DNA of 64,000 nt from an uncultured delta proteobacterium (GCA_963796685.1 CAWCMR010000005.1:256001-320000), one strand, 5' to 3'. Positions 29,075-39,035 are shown, counted from the stretch's first letter. The notes: generated by a model from the sequence alone, not told the origin. Program-made: numbers and translations.

Positions 29075-30478
29075 ATGAACGAGGCCGAGAAGAAATCGAT
29101 CGTCGCCGAGGTGGGGGGCTGGCTGTGGGGCATCGTCGAAGGCGGCTTCAACGAGCAGCAGACCATCAGCCAGATCATCGTCGATGCCATGATCGGAATG
29201 ATTCCGCTGGTGGGCGACGTGACGGCCGTGCGCGATCTGATCGCGGTCATCCTTCGTCTGGTCGAGCACCCGGAAAAGCGCAAGGACAAGCTGGAGTGGC
29301 TGACGCTGGTCCTGCTTTTGCTGGCGCTGATTCCGGTCTTCGGCGGCGCCATCAAGGGGGGTGGCAAGCTGGTCATCCGGGCCAGCGAAGGAGCAGGCAA
29401 GCACGCCGAAATCCTGCGCGACATCATTCAGTTCCTGAACCGCATCGGGGAAGGCAACGCGGTCAAATTCATCAAGGAGCTGAGCTTCGAGAAGTACACC
29501 GGCGAGGTCTTGGGCCAGTGGCACAAGCTGGTCCAGCGAATCGACGACGTCATCGAGGGCGTTCTGCGCCACACCCGCATCGTTCTTCACGATGCCATGA
29601 TCGATCGCCTTCGCCAGATCCAGCGTGGCCTTCGCGAGTTGCGCGCCAAGGGCGAAGAGATGATTCCCGAATCGCTCAAGGAATTGAATCGCCGCCTGAA
29701 AGAAATTCAAAAGCATGTCCACGAGGGCGACTGGCACGAGATCCCGTCGAGCCTGAGCAGCAAGACACGTGAGGCGGAGGCGCGGTTGGTGGAGGACGTA
29801 GTGGACGGGAAGCCACGCAAGGTGTGGGAGCTCGAAAACCCGCCGTTTCCGCCGAATGTCGCCGAAGACTTTCGACCGGCGAAGGACTGGCCCAACCTGA
29901 AGAAATCTCCTTGGCTCCAGGAAAAGACTATCGCGACCTTCAGCGGTCCGATGCGGGCTGTGAAGATCCCGGCGGGTACCCGGATTTACCGGGTTCTGGG
30001 ATCGAAATCCAACAAAGCAGGAGGCTTCTGGCTCTACAAGCTACCCAAGGACGGGCCGTCGTGGCGAAAGGATTGTGCGGTCCTCGAATTCTGGAGCGAC
30101 AACGGCTACGTCATCGAGCTGGTAGTCCCAGAGGGTGGCATCTACGCGTGGGAAGGCAAAATTGCATCCCAGATTGAAAACAAGGGTGGGGAGACGTTCG
30201 GCCAGTTTCTTCCAGGCGGCGACACCCAAATCTTCGTCGACTTCACGTTCAACGAAGCGAACTGGGCGGCGCGAGAAGAAGTCCTGAAGCTCACGCCTCA
30301 GAAGACCAACTGGACCGGCCTTTCGGGCATCAATGTCCCGGGAAAGAACGTCACCGTGCAGAAGCTTGGCCCGAATGAAATCGAAACCAAGAAGGCTTCA
30401 ACGGCCGCGGCCGAGGGGCAACGAGCCGTACACGCTCAAGAAAACGGCGATGCGGAGAAACAAAAGGGAGAAAAGTGA
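29075..30478 (+). CDS. FIX-like polymorphic toxin with Tne2/Tse6-like tip (allele 2)
   Basis: Paralog of 3615..5027; N-terminal half highly similar, tip more diverged; ATGA coupling to the adaptor. Confidence 0.72.
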   Translation: MNEAEKKSIVAEVGGWLWGIVEGGFNEQQTISQIIVDAMIGMIPLVGDVTAVRDLIAVILRLVEHPEKRKDKLEWLTLVLLLLALIPVFGGAIKGGGKLVIRASEGAGKHAEILRDIIQFLNRIGEGNAVKFIKELSFEKYTGEVLGQWHKLVQRIDDVIEGVLRHTRIVLHDAMIDRLRQIQRGLRELRAKGEEMIPESLKELNRRLKEIQKHVHEGDWHEIPSSLSSKTREAEARLVEDVVDGKPRKVWELENPPFPPNVAEDFRPAKDWPNLKKSPWLQEKTIATFSGPMRAVKIPAGTRIYRVLGSKSNKAGGFWLYKLPKDGPSWRKDCAVLEFWSDNGYVIELVVPEGGIYAWEGKIASQIENKGGETFGQFLPGGDTQIFVDFTFNEANWAAREEVLKLTPQKTNWTGLSGINVPGKNVTVQKLGPNEIETKKASTAAAEGQRAVHAQENGDAEKQKGEK

Positions 30479-31398
30479 TGTCGAGGTACGATCCCAAAGT
30501 CACCCGCTTGACTGGACAAGAGATTTCCATTGCGGCCGACGACATCGCCCGTGTGACGTGGATGGTCAAACGTTTCACATCGCTGACTTACATCCAGCGC
30601 ATGGCATCGCTGTTCTTCAATTTCGTGGCCGGGTACGAGGAGTTCGCCCGGCGAGACCCGACCTCGGAACGAGCGCCCGCCTTCCGAGCGAACCTAGCCG
30701 ACTTGTACAAGCAGCAGTCGATACTAACCGATGGCATCGAGTTGATTCGACGGCGTAGCAGCCTCGGGTATGCGAAAACCCTTTGGGGCTGCGCTTTGGA
30801 AGATCTTCTGGTGGGACGACCAGCGGAATTTGGAATGAACTTCGACGACGTCGGCTGGCAGTTCTATCCCTACCCGCCGGAGGGCCTATTCGCATGGGCC
30901 GTGGTGGCTGCCGGCATGGCTGCAAAGGTCGACAAGACCCTTCGCGGGTTGTGGGCATTTCCCGACGCTGCACGACCTGATGGCGTCACGTTTCCACCGG
31001 CGGAAGGACTGCCCCCTGCGCCCAAACCGAAGGGGCTATCGATCAAGACCGGGGAGAGCGTGCCTGTCTCAGGCATCTGGATGCCCGCGTTGCCCAGCGG
31101 CGCACCGAACTATCTTTGGGAAGGCAACAATGCGTGGGAAGGACAAAGGCTAGTCCGGCAGATTGACGATCCCGAGGTCGTCGACGAGGATATGCCACAG
31201 GCCGCAAAAACCTATTACGGCTACGACACCGAGCCTACGACCTGGACGCTCCTGTGGGAGGACGACCGCTACAAGGATGGCAAGGTGCCCGACGAAGAAG
31301 CGACCTATCTCGATGCCTCGACCGAGCCGCCGCCCTGGCCGCCGGTGGTGCCACCGGGAGGCGCGAAGCTGAAGCCACCGATCTTCCGGGGCAAATAG
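30478..31398 (+). CDS. Imm72-like immunity protein (allele 2)
   Basis: WEDDRY motif; TGATG coupling to the toxin. Confidence 0.8.
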   Translation: MSRYDPKVTRLTGQEISIAADDIARVTWMVKRFTSLTYIQRMASLFFNFVAGYEEFARRDPTSERAPAFRANLADLYKQQSILTDGIELIRRRSSLGYAKTLWGCALEDLLVGRPAEFGMNFDDVGWQFYPYPPEGLFAWAVVAAGMAAKVDKTLRGLWAFPDAARPDGVTFPPAEGLPPAPKPKGLSIKTGESVPVSGIWMPALPSGAPNYLWEGNNAWEGQRLVRQIDDPEVVDEDMPQAAKTYYGYDTEPTTWTLLWEDDRYKDGKVPDEEATYLDASTEPPPWPPVVPPGGAKLKPPIFRGK

Positions 31399-31422
31399 CT
31401 GACGTTCGGAGAGGAGTCGAAG

Positions 31423-31908
31423 ATGAGAGGTTTGCGCTTGCTCATTCTCTTGGCGCACGCGTTAGCGGCGGCCCAGGGATCCGCAAAGTGGGTCGAGGCG
31501 CCTACAACGCGTTCCCTCCCAGGCCAGGAATCTGTCCGTGCCAAGACCTATTTCGACGACTCATTTGGCAGGAAGAAAGGGAAGTTCAAGGCTGAATATG
31601 AGTCTTTTCTTGAGGGAAAGGACTTCGTCGAGGGCGAGCTCTTGGTTGCGCGGTTCCGCTACGTCTACGCGGTGCCCAACACCAGCGACTCATACCTATA
31701 CCCTACCCACGACGAGTCGATCACCGAGGTGCTACTAGACTGCACGAACCACTTCAGCGGCACAATCTCGACGACCTATAAGTTGAAGGGCAAGGTCGTG
31801 AAGCACGACGAAGCCAGTGACCACGATCTTCTGATGGTGCAGTATTCTGGACCCGGCACCGTCGCAGATCTGTGCACGTTCGCTAGGAAGCGAAGGGCGG
31901 TGCCTTGA
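31423..31908 (+). CDS. small secreted protein, surface-adhesin-E-like
   Basis: Signal peptide, GGAGGAG RBS, Cys pair (LLDCT...DLCTF); family call is by resemblance only. Confidence 0.55.
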   Translation: MRGLRLLILLAHALAAAQGSAKWVEAPTTRSLPGQESVRAKTYFDDSFGRKKGKFKAEYESFLEGKDFVEGELLVARFRYVYAVPNTSDSYLYPTHDESITEVLLDCTNHFSGTISTTYKLKGKVVKHDEASDHDLLMVQYSGPGTVADLCTFARKRRAVP

Positions 31909-31929
31909 TGCGCTCCACGACATCCAGAT

Positions 31930-32018
31930 CACGTTCTGCGGAAGGACGACGCTGCAAAGAGGGGCAAGGTGCCCGATGAGGGAGCGACCTATCTCGATGC
32001 CTCGACTGAGCGGCCCCC
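31930..32018 (+). pseudogene. degenerate repeat of the Imm72 3' end
   Basis: GGCAAGGTGCCCGATGAGGGAGCGACCTATCTCGATGCCTCGACTGAG resembles 31279-31326. Confidence 0.75.
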
Positions 32019-32270
32019 CTAGAGAACCGAACGGGTTGAATCCTGCGCAGAATCGAGAGCTTGCGAGTGTTGGGAAAATTCGCCTCGCCCCGCGCAGCGG
32101 GGAGAGGTCGACGCGCGAAGCGCGTCGGGTGAGGGGTTCGGCCATGCGAGAGAGTGCGCTGGCCCCTCACCCTAACCCTCTCCCCGCTGCGCGGGGCGAG
32201 GGGATCGGAGGGAGCACGTGCGTAGCAACTTCTTGAATTCTCTACACTTTCAACCCGTTCGGTGTTCTAG
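32019..32270. mobile_element. ~252-bp MITE-like element with CTAG ends and nested palindromes (copy 1)
   Basis: 22-bp terminal IR CTAGA..ACCGAACGGGTTGAA; internal perfect 25-bp IR at 32083-32107/32177-32201; second copy at 39770. Confidence 0.85.
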
Positions 32271-32289
32271 GCTGGATCTCGTGCAGAAA

Positions 32290-32632
32290 GGCACCCGCAT
32301 TTACCGGGTCCTTGGGGCCGAATCCAGGAAAGCCGGCAACTTCTGGCGCTACAAGCTGCCCAAGGACGGCCCTTCCTGGCAAGATTGCATCGCAGATTGA
32401 AAATACCGCTACGGCAACGTTTGGCCAGTACTTCAAGGCACGAGAAGAAGCTCTGAAGCTCGCGCCCAAAAAGACGAACTGGACTGGGCTTTCTGGTATC
32501 GGTGTCCCGGAAAAGGACGTCACCGTCCAGAAGCTTGGCCCGAACGAGATCGAAACCAAGAAGGCTTCAACGGCCGCGGCCGAGGGGCAGCGAGCCGTAC
32601 ACGCCCAAGACAACGACGACGGAGAGCAATGA
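32290..32632 (+). pseudogene. internally deleted toxin C-terminal relic (allele 3)
   Basis: GTRIYRVLGAESRKAGNFWRYKLPKDGPSW, then a frame change to KIASQIEN...TFGQY..AREEALKL...KKASTAAAEGQRAVHAQ. Confidence 0.85.
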
Positions 32633-32644
32633 TAGGGGCATGTG

Positions 32645-33565
32645 ATGTCGAAGTATGATCCCAAAGTCACCCGATTGACCGGCCGAGAGATTTCGATTTC
32701 CGCGGACGACGTTGTCCGCACGATATGGCTGGTGAAGAGATTTACCTCGCTCACGTACATCCAGCGCATGGCCTCACTGTTTTTTAATTTCGTTGCCGGC
32801 TACGAGGAGTTCGCCGGCCGAGATCCGAGCTCGGAAGAGGTACCTGCCTTCAGAAGCCGTTTGGCCAAATTCTACAAGCAGCAGGCGATACTTACCGACG
32901 GCATCGAGTTGATTCGACGGCGTAACAGCCTCGGATAGGCGAAAACCCTTTGGGGCTGTGTTTTGGAGGATCTTCTGGTGGGACGCCCAGCGGAATATGG
33001 AATAAACTTCCAGGACGTCGGTTGGCAACACTATCCCCACCTATCCGAGGGGCTTTACGCATGGGCCGTGGTCGCTGCCGGCATGGCTGCAAAGGTCGAC
33101 AAGACCTTGCGCGGGTTGTGGGCATTTCCCGACGCCGCGCGACCTGATGGCGTCACGTTTCCGCTGGCGGGAGGCCTGCCCCCTGCGCCCAAACCGAAGG
33201 GGCTATCGATCAAGACCGGGGAGAGCGTGCCTGTCTCAGGCATCTGGATGCCCGCGTTGCCCAGCGGCGCACCGAACTATCTTTGGGAAGGCAACAACGC
33301 TTGGGAGGGCAGGCGAGTCACCGAGGAGATCGATTATCCTGAAGTGGTCGACGAAGAGCTGCCACAGGCCGCCAAGATTGACTACGAATACGACACCGAG
33401 CCTAGGACCTGGACGCTCCTGTGGGAAGACGACCGTTACAAGGATGGGAAAGTGCCCGACGAGGAAGCCACCTATCTCGATGCCTCGACCGAGCCGCCGC
33501 CCTGGCCGCCGGTGGTACCACCGGGAGGCGCGAAGCTGAAGCCGCCGATCTTCCGGGGCAAATAG
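32645..33565 (+). pseudogene. Imm72-like allele 3 with one in-frame TAG (32936-32938)
   Basis: Full length and collinear with 30478..31398; the Tyr TAT of allele 2 is TAG here. Confidence 0.85.
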
Positions 33566-33587
33566 CTGAAAGCCAAGTGGTATCGTC

Positions 33588-35639
33588 GTGGGCTTGGCGA
33601 AACGAATCTGGTCATGGGTGCTGGTCTCGACCGGGACGCTCGCGCTGCTGTCCGGCCTGCTCGGGCTGCTCGCCGACGGTACGCGCCTGGCGCTGGCCAA
33701 GGCTCCGCTGCGCATCGTGCTCGCCGGCGGGGCCAGCGCGGCCGCCTTGGCCATCCTGCTCTCCCTGGCTGCCGGACCGCTGCTCGCGGGGGTGTGCGCG
33801 CTGTCGGAGCGACTGGCCCAGGCCGGGTGGGCGGGAAAGATCCTGGCGCTATCGACGGAGCTCGGGCTTGCAACTTGGGTCGTCCATGCCATCACCAACG
33901 TCCGGCACCGGCAGGATCCCGGCATGCGCCAGGCGGTGGTGGGCGCGGCCGCGGTGCTCATCACCGTGTGCCTCTTCGCCGCACGGCCCTCGGCGCATCG
34001 GCTCTTGCGCGCGTGCGCCCTCGGCATCGCGCTGGCCATGTTCCTCGTCGACGCCTTGCTGCCGCGTTGGTACTACCGCGAGCTTCACGATGTCTTGGCC
34101 TTGCTCACGGTGTGCGGGCTCATGGCGGTGGTGTTGCCATGGACCCGCGAGCGTGCGACGCGACGATTCGGGCTGGCGTTGGCGGCAGCCGTCCCGCTCA
34201 GCCTCGCCGTCCTCGCGCTGGTCGACCGAGCCGCGCCCGGCTGGCGTTCGCGCGCGCACGAGCACGGGCTCTATGGCGATGCCCTGGCGCGCACCGCGCG
34301 TGCCCTGGTGGATTTCGATGGCGATGGATTTTCGCCCGTGGCCTGGGGCGGGGACTGCGACGACCTCTCGGCCGCGCGCAACCCGCTGGCCCTGGACGGG
34401 CATGGCAAGGGGGATCTCAACTGCAACGGCATCGATCCGCCGCTCGCCCCCACGGAAGCCGAGCGAGGGCTCGCGCCCGCCGCCGGCGATCCCAATCTCG
34501 CTCCCGGCGCCGTCGACCTGGTGGTTCTGGTCACCATCGATGCCTTGCGCGCGGATGCCCTTGCCCCGCGCCTGATGCCGAACGTGCTTGCGGCGGCCCG
34601 CAAGGGTCTGGTTTTCGAGCGCACCTATTCGAGCAGCACGCGGACCTCGCAGTCGCTCCCGCTGCTGCAGCAGAGCCACCGCGGCGGGCAGCCGCTCGGC
34701 CTTCGCCTTGCGGCCCAGGGCATCGCGACCACGGCCGTGGTGGCGGATCACGCTCTGGAGGGAACCGAGGCCATCGCGAAGACCTTCGCGCGCATGGACA
34801 CGCCCGAGCACGGGCGCTGGCCCGCCACGCAGGCGAGCGCGCGCGCCCTTGCCGCCATCGACGACATCGGAGCGCGCCGGCACTACCTGTGGCTGCACTT
34901 CTACGACGCGCACACGCCCTACCCCGCGGAAGCGGCATCGCCGGTCGCGACGCCGGCGGGCCTGGATCCTTCCTACGCCCGCTACGCGACGGGCGTGGTG
35001 GCCGCGGATGCCGGCTTCGGCGAGTTGCTCGAAGGGCTCGACCGGCGCGGCCGCCTTCCGCGCACCGTCGTCATCGTGACCGGCGATCACGGCGAGGCCT
35101 TTGGCGAGCACGGCATGCTCTTTCACGCGGCCTCGGCCTACGAACCCCTGGTGCGCGTGCCGGGCGTGCTGCTCGCGCCCGACCTCGTGCCTCGGCGGTC
35201 GCAACACTTGGTCTGTCACGCCGACATCTTTCCCACCATCCTCGGCGCCTTCGGCTTGACCACGCCGGACGACGAGACGCTCGGGCGCTCTTGGCTGCGT
35301 CTGCGGGCCGCGCCGGATGCGCCCCTGCACCGCTTCGTGGTGGTGCGTTCGGCCCACGCCGCAAGCGGCGGCGACGTGATGTCGCCCCTGCTGGCCATCA
35401 TCGACACGCGCTACAAGCTCATCAAGACCATCGAAGACGGGCTTACCGAGCTCTACGACGTGCTCGCCGATGCCAAAGAGGAAACGGATTCTTGGCCGGC
35501 TCTTCCCGAGGTCGGACGCCGCCTCGACCGCGCGCTCGAGACCTATCGCGACGTGGTCGGCTATCCCGCCGACGACGAGCTGGCCGATTTGAAGACCTTC
35601 GGCGCGCGCATGATCGGCGCGCACGGCGAGCTCTATTAG
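33588..35639 (+). CDS. membrane-anchored sulfatase-like hydrolase/transferase
   Basis: Multi-TM N-terminus, DFDGDGFS...GDCDD metal-binding-like motif, VTIDALRAD, WLHFYDAH, TGDHGEAFGEHG. Confidence 0.85.
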   Translation: MGLAKRIWSWVLVSTGTLALLSGLLGLLADGTRLALAKAPLRIVLAGGASAAALAILLSLAAGPLLAGVCALSERLAQAGWAGKILALSTELGLATWVVHAITNVRHRQDPGMRQAVVGAAAVLITVCLFAARPSAHRLLRACALGIALAMFLVDALLPRWYYRELHDVLALLTVCGLMAVVLPWTRERATRRFGLALAAAVPLSLAVLALVDRAAPGWRSRAHEHGLYGDALARTARALVDFDGDGFSPVAWGGDCDDLSAARNPLALDGHGKGDLNCNGIDPPLAPTEAERGLAPAAGDPNLAPGAVDLVVLVTIDALRADALAPRLMPNVLAAARKGLVFERTYSSSTRTSQSLPLLQQSHRGGQPLGLRLAAQGIATTAVVADHALEGTEAIAKTFARMDTPEHGRWPATQASARALAAIDDIGARRHYLWLHFYDAHTPYPAEAASPVATPAGLDPSYARYATGVVAADAGFGELLEGLDRRGRLPRTVVIVTGDHGEAFGEHGMLFHAASAYEPLVRVPGVLLAPDLVPRRSQHLVCHADIFPTILGAFGLTTPDDETLGRSWLRLRAAPDAPLHRFVVVRSAHAASGGDVMSPLLAIIDTRYKLIKTIEDGLTELYDVLADAKEETDSWPALPEVGRRLDRALETYRDVVGYPADDELADLKTFGARMIGAHGELY

Positions 35640-35731
35640 GCCTTTGGGCCTTCTGCCCGCCGCCAATCCCTTGCCCCGGGGCACCTCCCGCGATTGCGGC
35701 GGCCAACCCTGAAATTTGATAGCGTGCCTTC

Positions 35732-36892
35732 GTGCTCACCGCCCTTCTGCTCGGTGCAGGTGCTTCCCGCGAGCTCGGCATGCCTCTGCGCGCGGACATC
35801 AACGCCGAGATCATGGCCTGGCTCTCGCCCGCGTCCCTGCGCAAGCTGAACGCCACCTGGAGCGGGCGCGGCTTCGGCCATCCCGCCGAGGTCATCGAGG
35901 ATATCGCGCGCATGCTCGACGAAGCGACCTTCGACTACGAGGCCGTGCTCGGACACCTGGAGGCGCGGTACCTCGACGATGCGCGGGCCGGCTTCGCCCA
36001 GGCCTACCACGCGCTCTACGCCTGGCTGGCGCAGGTCGTGTACCAAGTGCTCTACCGCCGCCAAGTCGAGCGCCGGGATTCGTTCCGCGAAGGCTTGCAA
36101 TACTTCGACGGCATCGCGCGCCTGGCCCACCGCCATCGCCCGCTGTGGATCTTTTCCCTCAACCACGACGTGCTCGTCGAGTGCATCGCCGCCCTCTTCG
36201 GCATCGAGGTGAACGCGGGATTTTCGCCGCGCGCGGTTTCCCTGCCCTGCCGCGATCGCGATGGCCAGCCCATCGCCGCGCTGGAGGCCGAGGTGCTGAG
36301 CGACGCCGAATTGGCCAGCGGTCAGCTACCCTTCTTCAAGACCGGCTGGCCCGGTATCAATTTGCTCAAGCTGCACGGGGCTCTCGACGTCTTCAGCCAC
36401 GGCGACGGCCACGACCTCGTCAGGCTGAAGCCGCGCGACCAGACCTTCGACGCCATCATCGACGCGCTCCAGATCGCCAACGAGGGCCTGCTGGATCCGA
36501 GCCTCGTTTCGAGCCTCGTCGCCGATCCGCTGGCGGTGACCAACCGGATCCCCTACATCGACGGCGAGGGACGACCGCAAGTGCTCGGGCGCACACTGCT
36601 GGCCAGCGCGGCGCGCCTGACCGATCCCTATCCCCCGCTCATGCAGCGGCGTTTGCTCGAGTACTTCCGCGCCAACCTGGCCCAGGCCGAGCGGCTGGTC
36701 GCCATCGGCTACAGCATGAGCGATGGAGAGGTCAACGAGATCCTTTGCGAATGGCTCGAGGCCTCGGGTGCGCGGCAATTGGAGATCGTGGCGCCCGGAA
36801 TTGCACGCATGCCACCGTTCCTGGAAAAGGTCGCCACGCAGATCGAGCTTTCGCCCGCCTCCGCAACGACCTACCTCGAACGAGCCGATTAG
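35732..36892 (+). CDS. SIR2-like (SIR2_2) domain protein
   Basis: LLGAGAS, FSLNHDVLVE, LLKLHGA, AIGYSMSD motifs. Confidence 0.8.
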   Translation: MLTALLLGAGASRELGMPLRADINAEIMAWLSPASLRKLNATWSGRGFGHPAEVIEDIARMLDEATFDYEAVLGHLEARYLDDARAGFAQAYHALYAWLAQVVYQVLYRRQVERRDSFREGLQYFDGIARLAHRHRPLWIFSLNHDVLVECIAALFGIEVNAGFSPRAVSLPCRDRDGQPIAALEAEVLSDAELASGQLPFFKTGWPGINLLKLHGALDVFSHGDGHDLVRLKPRDQTFDAIIDALQIANEGLLDPSLVSSLVADPLAVTNRIPYIDGEGRPQVLGRTLLASAARLTDPYPPLMQRRLLEYFRANLAQAERLVAIGYSMSDGEVNEILCEWLEASGARQLEIVAPGIARMPPFLEKVATQIELSPASATTYLERAD

Positions 36893-37088
36893 GAGGCCCG
36901 GTTTCGAGCCGGATGCCGATGTAGTCCGATAGCGCACCTTGGGCGACGTGGGGCCGCGATGAAGGGCGCCGCAAATCGTGAAATAGCACTTTTCCCCCTC
37001 TTGCAACCCATCCAATGTATGCCAGAAGAACAAGCAGGTTGGGTTAGTATGCCTGGCGCTACCAATCGCAGCCGTGGGGGTTCGTACG

Positions 37089-39035
37089 ATGCACGACAGT
37101 TCAAGAGTGTTGCTATTCGGTATGGGCGCAGCCTTTGCGCTGGTCGCCTGCAACGGCGGCGTAACCATTGGCGGCCCCGACGTTGACGCCAGCCCCGGTC
37201 CGAGTAGGCCGGACGTTGGACTGGGCACGACCCCCGACCAAGCGGTCGTCATCTTCAATCTCGATGCCACGGTCGGAACCGACGTCGCGCCCACCACGGT
37301 TTGCGGCAATGGCGTTGTCGAAGGAGTCGAGCAGTGTGACGACGGCAACACGACGTCCGGCGATGGCTGCACCGGGGACTGCAAGCTCGAAACCGACTGG
37401 GCCTGTCCCATCCCCAAGTCGCCCTGCATTTCCACCGTGGTCTGCGGCGATGGACATATCTCCGGCAACGAGAAATGCGACGATCACAATACCGTCGACG
37501 GAGACGGCTGCTCCGCGGACTGCAGCACGGTGGAGGCCGGCTGGACCTGTCCCGCCCCCGGCATCCGTTGCCAGCCCAAGTGTGGCGACGGTGTTCTCGT
37601 CGGCGGGGAAAAATGCGACGACGGTAACACCGATGCCGGCGATGGATGCTCGGCCGCGTGCACGATCGAGTCGGGATTCGCCTGCCCGACGGCCGGACAG
37701 CCATGCCACAAGACAGTTTGCGGCGACGGCAACAAAGAGGGTGCGGAGTCGTGCGACGACGGCAACACCGTGCCCGGCGACGGATGCAGCATGGACTGCA
37801 AGGCCGAGCCCGTGTGCTCGGGCAGCGACGGATGTACCTCGCCCTGCGGCGACGGCTTGAAGCTGCCCACCGAGGAGTGCGACGATGGGAACAACAGCTC
37901 GGGCGATGGATGCTCCGCGGACTGCAAGCTCGAGGCGGGCTGGACCTGCGCCGAGGTCACGGAGACCACCACCAGCGTGCCCGTCATCTTCCGCGACATG
38001 ATCCCGCAGATCGCCACCATCACCGATCCACCGCCGCATCCCAACTTCGAGGTCCCCAGGGCCTCGGGCAGGGTGGTCACGGGCATCGTCAAGGACACCC
38101 TTGGCCCCGACCGCAAGCCGGAGTACGACGACACCGTCGACACGACGGTGTCCATGACCACCAACGCCGACGATTTCAAATCCTGGTACCACGACTCCAA
38201 TTACTCGTCGGTCGTGATCGATACCCTGCCGCTGGTCGCGGGGGCGAACAACACCTATGTCTACGACCACTCCGGGACGTACGACCGGACGGCCGGCGCC
38301 TGGACCATCCCGGCCTACTTCCCCCTCGACGGACGTGGCTGGGACGCGCCACCGACCAGCCTGACCGCATGGGACGAGACCTGCGATCAGGACAACGCCC
38401 TACACAATTTCAGCTTTACCAGCGAGGTCCGTTACTGGTTCGAGTACCAGGGCGGCGAGAACCTGTCGTTCATCGGCGATGACGACGTGTGGGTTTTCGT
38501 GAACGGCAAGTTGGCGGTCGATCTCGGAGGTGTGCACCAGGCGGCGTCAGGCAGCATTACCCTCGACGCGACAGCGGCGACGACCTACAACCTGACCGTG
38601 GGCAAGATCTACGAGATCGTCATCTTCCAGGCCGAGCGCAAGATCACGCGCTCGAGCTACAAGCTCACCATCGGTCAATTCAACCGCACGCGCACCGATT
38701 GCACCCCGAGGTGCGGCGACGGCGTCATCAACGGCACGGAAACCTGCGACAACGGGGCCGCCAACTCGGATACCACCTACGGCGGCTGCACGACCACGTG
38801 CGTGTACGGCCCCTATTGCGGCGATGGCCATGTCGACGTTTCCGCTGGCGAGCAGTGCGACGACGGGACCAACGTCGCCGGCTATGGACAGACCACGGGG
38901 TGCGCGCCAGGTTGCCGAAACGCACCCTATTGTGGCGACGGCAAGGTCGACAGCCTGTTCGGCGAGGAATGCGACAACGGAGCCGAAAACGGCAATAGCC
39001 TGTGCACGACCGACTGCAAGGCCATCGTTCCGTGA
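37089..39035 (+). CDS. DUF4215 repeat plus fibro-slime domain lipoprotein
   Basis: LVAC lipobox, CGDG..CDDGN repeats, HPNFE, HNFSFTSEVRYWF, GDDDVWVFVNGKLAVDLGGVH. Confidence 0.9.
   Translation: MHDSSRVLLFGMGAAFALVACNGGVTIGGPDVDASPGPSRPDVGLGTTPDQAVVIFNLDATVGTDVAPTTVCGNGVVEGVEQCDDGNTTSGDGCTGDCKLETDWACPIPKSPCISTVVCGDGHISGNEKCDDHNTVDGDGCSADCSTVEAGWTCPAPGIRCQPKCGDGVLVGGEKCDDGNTDAGDGCSAACTIESGFACPTAGQPCHKTVCGDGNKEGAESCDDGNTVPGDGCSMDCKAEPVCSGSDGCTSPCGDGLKLPTEECDDGNNSSGDGCSADCKLEAGWTCAEVTETTTSVPVIFRDMIPQIATITDPPPHPNFEVPRASGRVVTGIVKDTLGPDRKPEYDDTVDTTVSMTTNADDFKSWYHDSNYSSVVIDTLPLVAGANNTYVYDHSGTYDRTAGAWTIPAYFPLDGRGWDAPPTSLTAWDETCDQDNALHNFSFTSEVRYWFEYQGGENLSFIGDDDVWVFVNGKLAVDLGGVHQAASGSITLDATAATTYNLTVGKIYEIVIFQAERKITRSSYKLTIGQFNRTRTDCTPRCGDGVINGTETCDNGAANSDTTYGGCTTTCVYGPYCGDGHVDVSAGEQCDDGTNVAGYGQTTGCAPGCRNAPYCGDGKVDSLFGEECDNGAENGNSLCTTDCKAIVP

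Larger units (their letters stand above)
26767..29078 (+). pseudogene. adaptor-like gene copy 2, interrupted at codon 9 by the IS; 3' part 28123-29078 intact
   Basis: Removing the IS and one TTA gives MLLGHATLSLSHGIADENEVLLVSS, versus copy 1 MLLRRGTLSLFRTMADEDEVALVSS. Confidence 0.85.

Noticed and set aside
32936-32938. Pyrrolysine readthrough of the in-frame TAG, with the radical SAM gene as pylB
   Set aside because: The paralog has Tyr (TAT), no pylTSCD genes are seen, and the radical SAM motifs fit HydE.
29075-33565. Diversity-generating retroelement behind the allele variation
   Set aside because: No reverse transcriptase in the window, and the differences are not adenine-specific.
3615-36892. 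Functional NAD theme linking the toxins, Nfn and SIR2
   Set aside because: Only proximity supports it; no shared operon or regulation is visible.
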